From Fimicolochytrium jonesii (lineage: Eukaryota), in the NCBI RefSeq assembly GCF_025526975.1, contig NW_026515676.1, forward strand, positions 1 through 64,000: DNA of 64,000 bases, given 5' to 3'. Position 1 is the first letter of the stretch. Each line of letters begins with the position of its first letter. Under the pieces are notes generated by a model. The model was not told where the DNA came from and did not search any database. It was given only the letters and a program-made list of their open reading frames with translations. Position numbers and translations under genes: made by a program. Positions 22,478 to 35,228 of this stretch are shown here, piece after piece.

Positions 22478-23232
22478 ATGGCTTCAGAGAAAGACGTCGA
22501 TGACTTCGACGTGGACACGTTTTTGCGTTTGGAGGTAGGTTCTACCGTCTGATTATCGAGATCGCACCATTTTGTGCCAAGGATTAAACTACGTTCTCGC
22601 AGTCAACGGGATTCAACCAAGACAAAGAAGTAGAGCGGATACTCAAACTCCACGCGACTACGAAAAACCCTCTCGAGATTCTGGAGCATCCGCTTTCAGT
22701 CTACATCACCCTGAACATCGATGAAAGGGCAACCCGCGTTGCGTTCCGCAAAAAGTCACTGCTGCTGCATCCGGACAAATGCAAGCATCCGCGCGCACAA
22801 GAGTCGTTCGATATTCTGAAAAAGGCTGAGACGGAGGTTATGGATGACGAAAAGCGGAAGTCACTTCTGAGCTTCCTGAGGGATTCGCGCGACGCGGTGC
22901 TGAGACGGCAAGGCATACAGGGACCCGTTGATGAGCAGGAACCGCGGTGGCAGGAGATGATGAAAGATGATAAGCTCTGCAATGTCATCAAACTGGAAAT
23001 GAGGCGGCTTTTCACGGAAGACGAAGGGAGGCTGAGGTTGCGAATGAAGAATGAATTTGATCGTAGGGCGACAGAGGCGGAGGAAAAGCTATTAGAGAGG
23101 AAACGGAAAGCGGAACATGACAAGCTATGGGAAGAAACCAGGGACGCTCGGGTGGGCTCCTGGCGTAATTTCGTGAAGAAGGGGCCAAAGAAGTTGAAGA
23201 AACCGCTTCCTACAGGCGGCCCTAAGCGGTGA
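22478..23232 (+). CDS. SPF31: J-domain protein, DNAJC8/Spf31 family (one intron ~22535-22602)
   Basis: EVERIL…NPLEILE…FRKKSLLLHPDKCKHPRAQESFDILKKAE and C-terminal KLWEETRDARVGSWRNF. Confidence 0.88.
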
Positions 23233-23375
23233 AAACCTCAGTCTTCAAACCTCCTGAACTTTCAACCGCACCTCGACAAGGTAATCCCTCATGTAAATAA
23301 TACATAACAATGGTAGCGTGAAAATGTACAAATAACTTATGCTAAGAGAAGCTTCCAAATGCAATGCGCTCAACT

Positions 23376-24326
23376 CTATCGCTTTCTGACCGCTTTCCAC
23401 TTATATATCGGCAACCCCTTCGCATCCACGCCGACCTTCTGCTTTGGCCCTTTGCCCATCAGGTTCTTCTGCACTTCCATTTCCAGCTGCGCTTTCCGCA
23501 ACTGTTCCTCGCGGTCCAACCGCGCTGCAAGCTCCTTATACGCCTTCTCACGCTTCTTTGAGCTCTTAGCAACCTCTGGCAATTCGCACGTTTCGAGCAT
23601 CTGGTTCGTCGGCCGATTATATTTGCGATGGAGGAGCTCCTTCTGGGTATCAAAGTGTTTTGCGGCATCGAAGTTTTTTGCTGTAAGGTATCAAATGTGT
23701 AAGCTATATGCAATGGGTTTGAAGGATCACTCAGGCGAAAAGAACCCCAATGACGCACCTTCTTCCTCAGTGTCAACAAATATCGTATGGTTCAGCTTCG
23801 GCTTTGACGAGCTGGAAGCCCTTGGCGGTTTCTTCACCTCCTCCTCATCTTCCTCATCCAGCTTCATAAAGTCGTACCGAATGGGATCATCCTCGTCATC
23901 CAAATCCATCTTGTCCCCACCGTCCCCCTCATCTACCGGTTCGTCGCCCTCCTCCAAAAAGTGCAGCCCACTCCGCAATTTCTCAATCTTCTTCGCATTG
24001 AGACTCTTCTGATAGTTGACATATCCTACATCCTGCGTCTTCAACAACTTCAAGAACTCGTGATCGAACTGCTGTTCCCGCTCCCTCGTCAACGTATGTA
24101 CTCCTTTCCTCGTTTTGGCATTGACCATGCCAAAGTAGAATTCATCCGGGTTCTTGAATGACGCCTTCTGGCGGAGCGTCTTCAAGGTCTTTTGCTTGCG
24201 GTTGTAGTCCCGTGCACGGAGCACATAGTCCTTGTGCTTCTCGAGAAGACCACGGTTCTCGCGGGACGATAATTGGGACCGCTCTTTGTGGTTACGCCGT
24301 TGGACGGCATTTCGGAGGGACGACAT
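23376..24326 (-). CDS. UTP11: U3 snoRNP / SSU processome protein Utp11 (one intron)
   Basis: MSSLRNAVQRRNHKERSQ…GLLEKHKDYVLRARDY…KNPDEFYFGM and C-terminal YKWKAVRKR. Confidence 0.96.
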
Positions 24327-25176
24327 GGCGGTTTTTATTTTGCCGTTGCCAAACTATTCGAGGTGGTGTGGAAAGAGGCGGACCAGCTGGGCCCTGAAGA
24401 GATGCCTCTTGCTCTTCGACGCTGTTGAACTTACAGTTTGTGGAAAGCTCTATGGGGCCTGGGGCTGTTCACAAAGTCAAAGTGAGGACGGTTAATGTGC
24501 GTCGACAAAAATAGAACAGGAAGGGGAGGAAAACCTTGTGTGACGCGAGCGGGGAAGGCCATTTTCACCACTGTCATTTTCTCAACCTCAGGCTTCGTGA
24601 AAACGGCGAGCATAGAAGGACACATTGCTGCTCACCTCAGCTGTTCACCAGCCCACCATGAAAGAAGGCAAAAGATTGGCTCGTTTTTAACCATAGTTAC
24701 ATCGCTAGCCCGGACAGAGCATCGCATGGGCGCAGAAACTACCGTCAGGTAGCGGGAAAGGATATGGCGGTGAGCCACACCCGAGGCTAGGCAGTGTGTG
24801 CATACCCGCATGATTGGGTTCGTGATTGGGTTCGCAAGACTAAATTTAAAGTGCACGAGCCATCACAAATACACGGTCGCTGTCGGCCACGTTCTATTAT
24901 AGGGACTGGAGAGAACGGTCTCATACTTATGCCGACCGGCGAGCACAAGCCGAAGGCAAAGATTCCCGACAAAACGAAACTAAGGTGAGATCAGATCTGA
25001 CAATGCAAAAATAAAGCCAACAAAGCGCACAATAGAAGATGGTGTAGAATAGATTTGAATTTTGCGGAAAGTGAGACGAATAAAGACATGCTACACCATG
25101 TGAAATCAGGTTGCAAGAGACTCGCCACAAGCAAAAGAAAGCTCCCTTCTAAACTGGACAACCCCGCATTCATGAA

Positions 25177-28100
25177 TCAAGATTGTCCATTCCAGTACCC
25201 CTGCTGTTGGCTTTGTCCAGCACCGGAACCCTGCTGCCTGCCGCCGCCGCCGTAAAGGCCGCCGGCACCTTGGTATTGCTGGTGCATCTGCAGGTACGGG
25301 TTCTGCGCAGGAACGTGCGGCTGCTGGTGAAGATGTTGTTGGCTGTGCTGCTGCTGCTGACCATGCTGTTGTTGCTGGTGCTGCTGCTGCTGCTGGCCGT
25401 GCAAGCCACCGAACTGCTGCTGTTGGTTGTAGTAAGACCCACTCGACTGCGATGGCAAGGCGGAGTTGGAGGCGTTGCCGCTGCCTACACCCGAGGGCTG
25501 GCTACCGACACCGGCGGCGGTGTTTTGGTATTTGTGCTCGTATTGTTGGCGAGGTGGTCGGCTTGCCTGCTGCGGCTTGTAGTCCTGCTGACTAGCGCCG
25601 CCGGCGGTTCCTGACGACGGCTGTCCGGGTTTGTTTTGCGCGGGAAGGCTCTGTTGGTGCAACCCGAAACCTTGGTACCCTTGCTGAGGAAGACCGCTGT
25701 AGTTCTTGTAGTCGTGGCCGCCGAGTCCACTGGTCAGCTCATCGTAGCCACCTTGTTGGTAAAGGTGGGGTTGATGTTGACCAGGTAATTGCTGGCTTTG
25801 CAGATGTTGCTGCCCGCCCGTGGAGTAGCCACCATAGCCGACATTGCCGCCGCTGGAAGGCTTTGAAGACGTGGTTGCACTAGCGGTGGGTTGCTGTGAC
25901 TGCTGAGGGTAACCAGGGTACACGGACTTGTTTCCGAAAGGCTGGCCGTACGGGCTCGATTGATACGATTGGAACTGGTTAGGCATGTGGTAGTACGGGT
26001 AGTAAGGGTAAGGCAGCGGGTAACCCTGTTGCTGCTGTTGTTGCTGCTGTTGTGTGCCCTGGTGCAAGGAGGCAGACGGGGAAGCCTGTCCCCCCTGGGT
26101 TCCTGGTTGCGCGGACGCCGTGTCTTGCCCCTGGTATTTAGTTGCCGCACCTTGCTGGTAGATGGAGGGATCGTAGTAACCATGCTATAAATTCACACCA
26201 TTTAGTCAGAAACAGCCCATGTAGGACAATATAAACCATTCCATCTGGTCTCACCATCATAGCCGCGCGTGCTTGTGCATCGGACCCATACAACGCCGAG
26301 TACTCCGCTGGCAACTGGCCCATATGGCCGAGACCAAAACCGGAGGCAGCGGCGAGTTGCTGCGTAGGGAAGTACGACCCGTAGGGTCCAACTCCACCGT
26401 TCGTTAGGCCCGGCGCTGCCGGTCCAGGGTTCGATTGCGCAACATCGTTTTGCTTCGCAGCTCCTTGCTGCAAACCTGGCGCATTCGTGGGGCGAGTATC
26501 CCGGGCTCCAGGTTGTTGGCCGTGGGAAACCTGCGATTGGTGTTGAGACTGGCCCTGCTGGATCGTTTGAGACACGTTTTGCGCTGCATTGGATTGAGGA
26601 GCTTCGGGGGCGTCAAGTGCAGATGCATCGAGATCCTCTTCATCGGCTGATCCTCCCAAACGAAGCGAGCCAAACTGAACTCCCAAGGTAGACTTGCTGG
26701 CGCTGGATGGCATGACTACTGCTGCGTCCTGCTTCAACTTGCGACCAGTGAACGGTGCGGGCTTGGGTGCCGCCGCCTTCAGACCCGGTGGTGCCGATGT
26801 TTTCAGCGCTGGACTCGTTTGCTCCTCTACGCGCTCCTCAGCAGTTGGTGGCTTCAGTGGGCTGGAGGACCTCGACTGAGGCCTGGCAATAGGTGCATGC
26901 ACGGGAGATTTTGGTTCCGGCGTCTTTGTCTTCTCCTCGATCACTTCTTTGGCGAGGCTCTTCACCGGGCTCGGCGAGCGTGCGCGCTCTGAGACGGATT
27001 TAGGGGACTCGGGGACAGGCTTGACCGGAGATTTCGCACGAGGAACCTCTTTCGGAGGCGCTGGACGCGCGGGAGTAGGAGTCGGAGTTGGAACCTTCTC
27101 AGCCCTATCGAAGGTTGAGCAAAGGCATCATGTTAGTAAAACGATGGGTATCGAGTTCATGTGAAATTGAACATACGTTTTGAGCAGGGCCGCCCATGAC
27201 GTCGGCGGCTTCGCCGCTGGGGTAGACCGAGCCAAGTCAGGTTTCGCCTCAGCTCCCGTCGCAGGCTTGGCCTCGGACTTTGTCGCAGGTTTGGGCTGAG
27301 TAGGTTTGATAGACGTCGCCCAGCCCGTTGCTTTGTCAGAGGGCGTTTCCGCACTCCACGTATCGGCCTGATCGGTTGGCACAGCGGCCCAGTCGTCTGC
27401 AGTACCGGGAGCTTCGTCTTTGGATTTGGACTCCTCGTTTTGCTCTCCTGTTGCAGTTCCCCAAGCGTCCGCTGGAGCACTATCCCATTCGCTTGCTGGA
27501 GCGGCCTCTGTCTCTCCGTGGCCTCCGTTTTGATGGCGACCACCCCGGGAGCCTATATTGGGCGTAACGATTGAGGATGAGCATAGAAACAATAAAGCCG
27601 GTAATGAGAATGAATATTTTCCTCACCTCCAACCATGGCACCGCCACGACCGCCTCCGCGACCACCGCGACTGCCACCTCGACCACCGCGACTTGCATAT
27701 GTGCCTGTAAATGACAAGCAAATTAGGACAATGGTATCGGTAACGAGAACGTGCTGCTCAGAGCTCGCGGGCTCGTGGTCTGACGCTCGATGCCTTGGCG
27801 ACCAACGATAACCGTACGTACCACCACGCGCTGGGCGGTTGTTGTCCCTCGCAAACCCATCACGAGAGGGAGGTCCTGGCTTGGATGAGCGGTTTCCACG
27901 GGTAGACAAGGAATCTCCGATGGGCTGGCTTTGCTTTGGTTTGTCCTTTTTGTCACGCTTCTTGACTTCACCCCACTGCTCAGCAACACCTGTGAACGTT
28001 AAGACAGCATCAGGCTCTGCCTACAGGAAGGAGCTGAACCCAATAAGACATTTTACCTTCAGTAATTCTGGAAATTGCAACGTCAAGATCGCCCTGTGTC

Positions 28101-28303
28101 TCCTCCAAAAGCGCAAGTAAATCTGCTTCCGACCAGTCTCCGAACAGTTGTTTCAGAGAGGACAGCTCTTGTGGGTACGCTTTCTTGACCTTCAGACTCC
28201 CATCGTCCAGGGAGTTTGTGGCAGACGCATTTTGAGGGTCTTGAGTCGACCGATGAGGTTGTCTATCACCTGTGCGGCGAGTTTGGGTGTTTGGAGTCAC
28301 CAT
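25177..28303 (-). CDS. DEF1: Def1-type CUE-domain protein with RGG and Q/G/Y-rich low-complexity C-terminus (multi-exon)
   Basis: LSSLKQLFGDWSEADLLALLEETQGDLDVAISRITEG + AEQWGEVKK; RGG tract; AVVMP and VQFGSL motifs; polyQ tail. Confidence 0.8.
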
Positions 28304-29343
28304 TTCGTTATCACTTTTCGTATCGAAGGCGACTGGAGATCTATGGACAGTAATTGATATTTCAGTTGCTGTTTCGGTCGCAGCTCAATATAATGCCGCC
28401 AATGATTGGAGCCTCCAAACGAGCTCCCGCTTTAGGTCAGAGAAGAATGGAGATTTCGGATCGCGTCCACACAACGGGTGGGATTGCGTGATCTACCCCG
28501 TGTGTACGGCGGCCAGCTACTCTGCCATTGCTGGTTCTCGTGGGACGTCCGTAGAAACGTTGTCAAATTGTTTACCTTCAGAGGGAAAACCCAGCGAGAT
28601 CAAAGTCCAGGTGTCCTGATCGGTTGACGACAACGGTGGGGGAACCCACTGCTCGTTTCGAGATCGTCCGGGAGGATCAGCGACTTGTATAAAACACTGC
28701 TTGAAGCGAGCGAGACAGAGAAGCTCCAACTCAGCTACTGATAGTGTCTGTAGTACGTTGCCAGGGAGAGGGGTGGGAGCCGGGGGACTGGAAGTGCTGT
28801 TGCTTGTTGTTGAGGTTCTCGATGCCTGTAGTCAGAGCGCCTCCAGGCAAACACAAAACATAGGGGAAGCAGTTCCGTCGTTTCTCGTCTTCGGCAATGC
28901 TGGGTGCTGTGCTCGGTGCCTTTCCGAGGTGCGTAACTCGAGACACGCACCAGCATTCTTGGTGCCTGTACCCTATCACTGAAGGGATCGCCTCATGGTG
29001 CGCCGTTATAGAGTTATGCATGGTTGCGATGCAAGCCCTGCGCCCCTTTCCCGAGGTCACGCACCCTGGCACGGAATCATTTAATCCGCTTCCTCACGTC
29101 ACGTGCATTTTTCCTTTTACGTTAATCTGACGCTCACGGCAAGAGTAACATTTACGCATGTCCATTACAGCTATGTCCCTGTACGGGCTAAAAGATGCTA
29201 TAGAGCTACACTCCCATCAGGAAACTACTCAGTTTGTACATAGAATCAAAGGGGAAATCGTAAGGTCCGAAACATGAACCTCATCAAAGTTATACACGCA
29301 TGTCAAACAAAGGACGAAGTCGCAAAAAAAAAAAGGAAAAGAT

Positions 29344-30996
29344 TTACATGAGCATAGTGGCACCAGAAATTACGCCTGGGAGTCCATCTTCAGATATGTA
29401 CAAAGGGTCAACGTATTCGGCTGCAGCCGGGACGTGGTAAAACTCGGGATGTTCGCCGGAATGCATCCCCTCGGAGGGTGCGATGCGACCCATCATCATA
29501 TCGGCGTCCATCATAGGTCGCCGGTGTGCATTGATCGGAACCGACCCGCGGCGACCCATGGCAACGCTGAGGAACGGAGTTTGTTGATCGTGGCCGTCCG
29601 TCCAGGAATCGTGTGTTCGGCGACGATCAAGCTTCACGCCGTAAGGCAAATCGTAGCCGAGCTGAGACTGCATCGGAGTGGATGTCAGGGTCTGATGACC
29701 GGAAGGGTCGATGGTCTCGCCAAGCTCGACGGGAGAACATAGCGGTTGTTCATCGTCTACGGCTGACATCTCTTCCCAAGGATGGCCCTCCTCGATCGGA
29801 TGCATATTGTCGACGGATATGGTTCGCGGTAAGTTGTGGTGTTGACTCGGTGACGAAAGCATTTGTTGTTGGAACGAGGCGAGATATTCAGGAGGGCACG
29901 AGCCTCTTCGGAGGGAAGACCATGATGGATCCGGATGAAATGCATCCATAGGCCCGCCAAGGTGCGCCTCGCTCATGTCATTGGCATGGGTAAGCGGGTG
30001 TACAATCGCATCTGATCGCGTGTCGGCTCGCCGAACTAAGAGCTCGTCCGAGATCATGGTAGGTGTCCTCTGCCACAAGTAGCGGTGAGGGGTCAAACCG
30101 GGGTGTGTACCCTGCTCCTCGGACTGTGCTGGCAATTCTTCGTACTGTGCTGATCCGGTGTTAACATAAGAATCTTGGTCTCCGACGAAAAGTCCCGCAG
30201 ATGTGGGGCTCGGAGGTTGGACGCCGGCTGGGAAGCCTTCGACGGGTATGCCATAGTACAGGCTAGGAAGCGACATGGCGCGGCTACGCATATATGGTTG
30301 ACGGACTTTCTTAAAATCGCTTTCCCACAAGTACGGGGCATCGGCTTGGTATGGTGGTTCGCAAACAGCGTAGCCGTGATGAGTTATATCGGCCTCAATA
30401 CTCGGAGCGGTGCTACCGCCCATTGGGGCCGGCATGCGGTATTGCTCGTTAACAGGGGCCGCGGAAGAATCTGTCGTGCTGTTTACACTCGATACTTCTG
30501 TCATCGCATTCTCCGGTTTGGACTCCGTCTTGGAAGTCGAGGAAGACCCTCCATCACCCGCCGTGGAGGTAGCAGCAGCATTCTTCTTATTCAATACCGC
30601 CTTTTCTTTGGCACGACGATTTTGGAACCATATCTGCACCCCGCGAGCTGCAACCAAACAAGCACACAGATGTGAGATACGTATACGCAAAACAAATCCG
30701 TTGAAGTTCCCAAACTTACGTGACATCTGAATTCTTCGGGCCAGCATATCCCTCTCCTTTGCATCGGGTCGTTTTTCCTTTGCGTAGTACTGCTCGAGAA
30801 CATGGAGTTGCTCCTTGGTGGTCTTGTGCCGAGTCTTGTGGCAAAATGGGTTGTAGGATGGGGCGGAAAAGGCTGCGTACGGCGCGTAGGGGGGGAGATG
30901 ACAGTAGGCGGGCACCATCCTGTTGTGTCTCGCCGCCACCAGATCCAGCGGTACGTGCGGGTTTGCCATGACAGCTTGGCTGTGGGTGATCTTCAC
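29344..30996 (-). CDS. Homeodomain transcription factor (non-TALE, Q50); 72-nt intron 30648-30719
   Basis: KTRHKTTKEQLHVLEQYYAKEKRPDAKERDMLARRIQMS|PRGVQIWFQNRRAKEK after splicing; start may be the second Met (30969). Confidence 0.93.
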   Translation of the reverse strand: MKITHSQAVMANPHVPLDLVAARHNRMVPAYCHLPPYAPYAAFSAPSYNPFCHKTRHKTTKEQLHVLEQYYAKEKRPDAKERDMLARRIQMSRKFGNFNGFVLRIRISHLCACLVAARGVQIWFQNRRAKEKAVLNKKNAAATSTAGDGGSSSTSKTESKPENAMTEVSSVNSTTDSSAAPVNEQYRMPAPMGGSTAPSIEADITHHGYAVCEPPYQADAPYLWESDFKKVRQPYMRSRAMSLPSLYYGIPVEGFPAGVQPPSPTSAGLFVGDQDSYVNTGSAQYEELPAQSEEQGTHPGLTPHRYLWQRTPTMISDELLVRRADTRSDAIVHPLTHANDMSEAHLGGPMDAFHPDPSWSSLRRGSCPPEYLASFQQQMLSSPSQHHNLPRTISVDNMHPIEEGHPWEEMSAVDDEQPLCSPVELGETIDPSGHQTLTSTPMQSQLGYDLPYGVKLDRRRTHDSWTDGHDQQTPFLSVAMGRRGSVPINAHRRPMMDADMMMGRIAPSEGMHSGEHPEFYHVPAAAEYVDPLYISEDGLPGVISGATMLM

Positions 30997-31249
30997 ACAA
31001 AATGTGAGGTAAGCCGAGGTTTGAGGAGCTACGCTACTGTAAGGCAGTGTGTCCTTATGATCGAGCTACGAAGATGCTATCCCCTTAAGACGTTACTGAT
31101 AAGAGGCCATTTGCAATCACAGAATGAGGATGGTGGTGGCCATGACAGACACAGCGATGGGCAGTCAGCAAGCTCTGCTTTCCCGTGGAAAGGTCGCGTG
31201 CAATCCAGCGTGCAATCAGGGTTGTGAGCAATCCAGGGGTTCTCCGTCA

Positions 31250-32400
31250 CCGCAAGCCGACAACGGCGACAAGTACCACTCCAGTACTACTCCTGCGCAC
31301 GCCGGTCAGCCAGTGTGGTATGATGCATCTGTGTGCTATCCCATGGACCAGGACCCTGCGGGATGTCCACCCCCGAACGGTTGTGTGCAACCGACGATCG
31401 GCGAGACACTGCCCAGTGCCAACCGCGTCCGCGTCCCAGTCGGAGTAAAGTTGACCCGCCTGAGCTGTTGGCAGTGGTGAAGTTTCTCGAAGCCCACCGA
31501 GCGTACTGTACTTAAGCAAACGGAATACCGTTTCGATGTTTCATCAGCGATCATCGAAGCCTAGAGCATCGAAACGACACAAGAGCTCAACTTCACCATC
31601 CAATATGTACCTGGAATTCGATCGCGGGCTTCCTGTCACGCAACCCTGCATATGCACCGCGACGCGCCGACTGTCAACAACGCCTGCACCTTCAACAGTA
31701 TCTCTTCAATGACATGAGTGAGAAGGAGAGGCAGACTCCTGGCCCTGAGTTAACGGATACGGAGTCTTGGCAAAAGGCTTACAAAGAGGATCCGTATACA
31801 GATATCATCGACGGCGCACTGAAAACGCCTGAGCACGAGAAAAACTCATACCAGCGACGATTCACATGAAGTCACGGTTTGACAACGTATGAGGGGAAGA
31901 TCTATGTCCCTGACTTGATACACCCAGCATTTCTCAAACAACTCCACAACAAACTCACAACCGGAGTGGCACTATGGCCTGTGGACCTGGAACCTTGCCG
32001 ATTGGTGGTGGCCAAGCATTCGCAAGGATGTGCTCAATTACATACAACATGTCCCATTTGCCGCCGCTATAAAGCTTCATGCAAGAAATTCGGCTTCCTT
32101 CGGCCACTCCTTGTTCAAGACTATTGATAGACAGCCAAAGTTTCAAGTTTTATCCCGACATTGCGGACCAAGGCAATCATCCCGTTGACGCGATTAAACG
32201 AAGACTCCATAAGAATGTCAATATTGGCATTACTTTCCGGAATTGATGACTCTCAGTCCCGAATTTCGCAAATCCGTTGCGTCCGATTTACGACAGCACC
32301 GTGTACCCATTGATCAGTACGAAGAACGTATCAAAAGAAGAAGTGAACGAGAAAAGCAGAAGAAGGCGCGAGACGAACGAATCACTGAGGTGTCGTTCAA
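31250..32400 (+). mobile_element. Highly degraded Ty3/Gypsy pol relic (RNase H to integrase)
   Basis: Fragments in order: YDAS, ELLAVVKFL, FTIQYVPG, WQKAYKEDPY, GKIYVP…QLHN, TCPICRRYK; many stops and frameshifts. Confidence 0.75.
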
Positions 32401-33042
32401 TGTAAACGCAATTCAGCTCTCGGCACAACCCTGAGCAAGCTCGCACGTACCTTAAAAACGTATACAACATTCAATCCGAAGAAGTAAGCATGGGAGAATT
32501 CATGATGTTTCAGCAACTCGCGACCGAACATTACAAGACCCCGACCTTAAGCGGAATTAGCCCGCAGAGGACAAGCTTGATTCCGTCCTGACCCCGTCCA
32601 CTACCTCTCCGGACGTATCATGAATAAAGAGGCCAGCAGCCCTAAGCTGGCACGGATCTACATGAATCACATGTGGAAACATACGGGTACTGCACCCACA
32701 TGGAGCTAGGACTCTCGCAGGGCCCATTATCGACCGAAAACTTGCGGCAATATTCACTCGCATTGCACTATGGCCCATGTCAGCGAGCACATGTACCCAT
32801 ATGTGTATCCGATGTCGGCCTGGAGCGACATCGCAAGCAACGGGTTCTGGTCTGAACAATTCATGACCAGGCAAAAGGACATCCGCGCCACAACCTGTTA
32901 AACGTTAAAATGACTCACGAGCGCTGTCGAAATATTGCCGTCCAGCGGCTTCAAATATTCAAGCCATTCGAGAAAATGTTGCACATTATTGAACACTGGT
33001 GGACGTCGGCCATCAAGATAACTCGACAGGCCGCTACTCCGA

Positions 33043-33861
33043 ATGACTTCACCAGTACCCTCTAAAAGACGGCAGGCAAGGGCCGCTGCTAAGGCCGGCA
33101 GGCCTCCACCGGGCACGGAGGAACCGGGCTCAGAGGCATCCTCAGAGGCGGAGCAGAGCCCGAAAGTCATTAGGAAGCGAAAGCCCAAGGTGTGTGCACT
33201 CCCTGGAACGAGTACTCGCCGGGAAGCAAGGACGGAAGGGATGACGGAAGGGGGCGGAGACGGGGGACACACGCATCGGAGCGGTTTAGCGGGCCTTCCC
33301 TCTCGTATCCGTGTCATGGTTCGCCCCGTCGACATCGTATTGGGGATACTCTGAGTTTATCGTGTCCCCACCCTTTAGATTCCGGCACCCGGTGCGCTTG
33401 CCGTTCTGAAATCCGTGCATCAAGATCTGTTGGAAGTGCGGGCGAAACATGAATATCAAGCCCTGACAACCAAACTGCATTTCGAAGAGGATGGAAGTGT
33501 TGCACACGGGAAGAACAAGACGTTAGCTGCTTACGAAGAGGCGCTGTTGGCTTTGCTGGAACGGTTGGACGCTCTGCAGGCGGAGGGTATCCCCGCGGTT
33601 CGGGAGGCTAGAAAGAATGCCATAAAGGCTGTGCAAGAACGCTTGCAAACGCTGGATGCATACAAACGAGGAGAGCCGGTGGAGGTGCCCGACAAACAGG
33701 AGCTGACGAAGATGAAGACGGCGGTGAAAGCAGCCGTGACGTCACAAAGCAGCGGAACGGGGTTTCAACTCTTGCTGGTGACAGTTTTCGCAAGTGAGCA
33801 TTTCTCTGGGCTGATTCGAACGCGGACATCTCTTAATATAGAATCATCTCCCCTCTCCTAG
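33043..33861 (+). CDS. BAG-domain Hsp70 co-chaperone (probable intron ~33320-33379; ends uncertain)
   Basis: LAAYEEALLALLERLDALQAEGIPAVREARKNAIKAVQERLQTLD is a canonical BAG signature. Confidence 0.8.
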
Positions 33862-35035
33862 GTGCAATGGTGTTGGGATATTTTGGATACGTTCAGAAGT
33901 TTCTAGACTTCTTCAAACAGCACATCTGAATGACACCCATTATATTGAACGAGCTGAGCCCTGGAGAAGAAAAGTCCTTTGGTCGCGGACGAAGATGTTA
34001 TACCATCCTGGTCCTGGGTCCTGGAGGGAGATATTGGGAGCTGCGCCCACACTGGAATTGCCTCCTTGCCGGGTGCATGCTATGGATCCTTGATGTCTCA
34101 GACTGGGAACGCCGATAGGCTCGTATAGAGCCGATTTCTCCGAGTGTGTATATGTGTAGGGAATTGGACATGGGCAAACGCGCCGACATCGCGCATTTCC
34201 ATCTTTCTCTTCCTGTACCGGTGCCATCGGGAAGGGAAAGGAAGAAGGGTGGGGATAATACTACTGAAAATTGAACTAATCTCCTACATCTACATCTGCT
34301 ATCAACCCTTGGGAGCGTGATTTCAAGCCGCTTGGTGGTCATGGCGAGAATATTGATGAATCAAGAAGCGAAAGAGAGCGCCGGCTTGAATGTCACGACC
34401 AAGGATGATGGGAGAACCGGGGCTCCTCCAGTTGTTGCAAACAAAAGCTTACATTTGCTGCTGATCTTGGGTTGGGCGTAGGTACATAGAGAGGTCAAGA
34501 CCTAAAGGTCATCCATTCTAGGTTCACCTCATCGACATAATCATCACCAAGATAATAGTAGTGGCGAAGGGTGTGGCACCCCATGCCTTCCTTGTGGCGG
34601 CGGAACCACCTTCTTCGATGATGACACTTGTGCCATGTCATCTGGGGATGGCTGCACTCGTGTACGTCGTTGTCGGCACTACCTGCTGCCAAACACCGAG
34701 ATCTTGTCATCAAACACGGCCTACATATACAGGTCAAGAAAGACATACAAAACAACAGCGCTCGCGCTCGCTCCCAACAATTGCAAAATTGGAGCAAAAC
34801 ATCCAAGTCAACCCCAATGCAGGCTGCCTCAACACTCGAACGAAGAACTGGGAGTTGAACTCCTGAGCCACGTGTCCGTGAGCCGAGCTTATCCAACTAC
34901 CCCAACCACCATTGTTGGATGGTTGGATGTGAACGTCGCTGTAACGTCCGAGGAAACTTGGTCGATATTGGGCCCTTCCGAGAGGGCTGAGATACGATGT
35001 ATTGTGTGAATGAAAAATTGAAGAAGTCCCCGACA

Positions 35036-35228
35036 GTCGCCAAAGTGGCTTCAAAAGATGCGGCTCGATCTCACTTTCATGCAGACTTGGAAGCACGCCA
35101 AGCGAGAAGTTAGGATCCGAGGGAAATGGTCTGCCGCAGGGTCTGCCGCCGCGATATTGGCTTTGTTAGCTTTGTTGATTTGGTTTTCAGCACTTCAGGA
35201 ACACCCGTATTGGCAATATGGAACCGAT
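35036..35228 (+). repeat. Dispersed ~185-bp repeat, copy A
   Basis: Shares ctcgatctcactttcatgcagacttggaagcacg and gctttgttgatttggttttcagcacttcaggaacac with 37390-37570. Confidence 0.9.

Noticed and set aside
24400..25000. Extra gene or RNase P/MRP RNA between UTP11 and DEF1
   Set aside because: Only short non-conserved ORFs and no conserved RNA boxes found.
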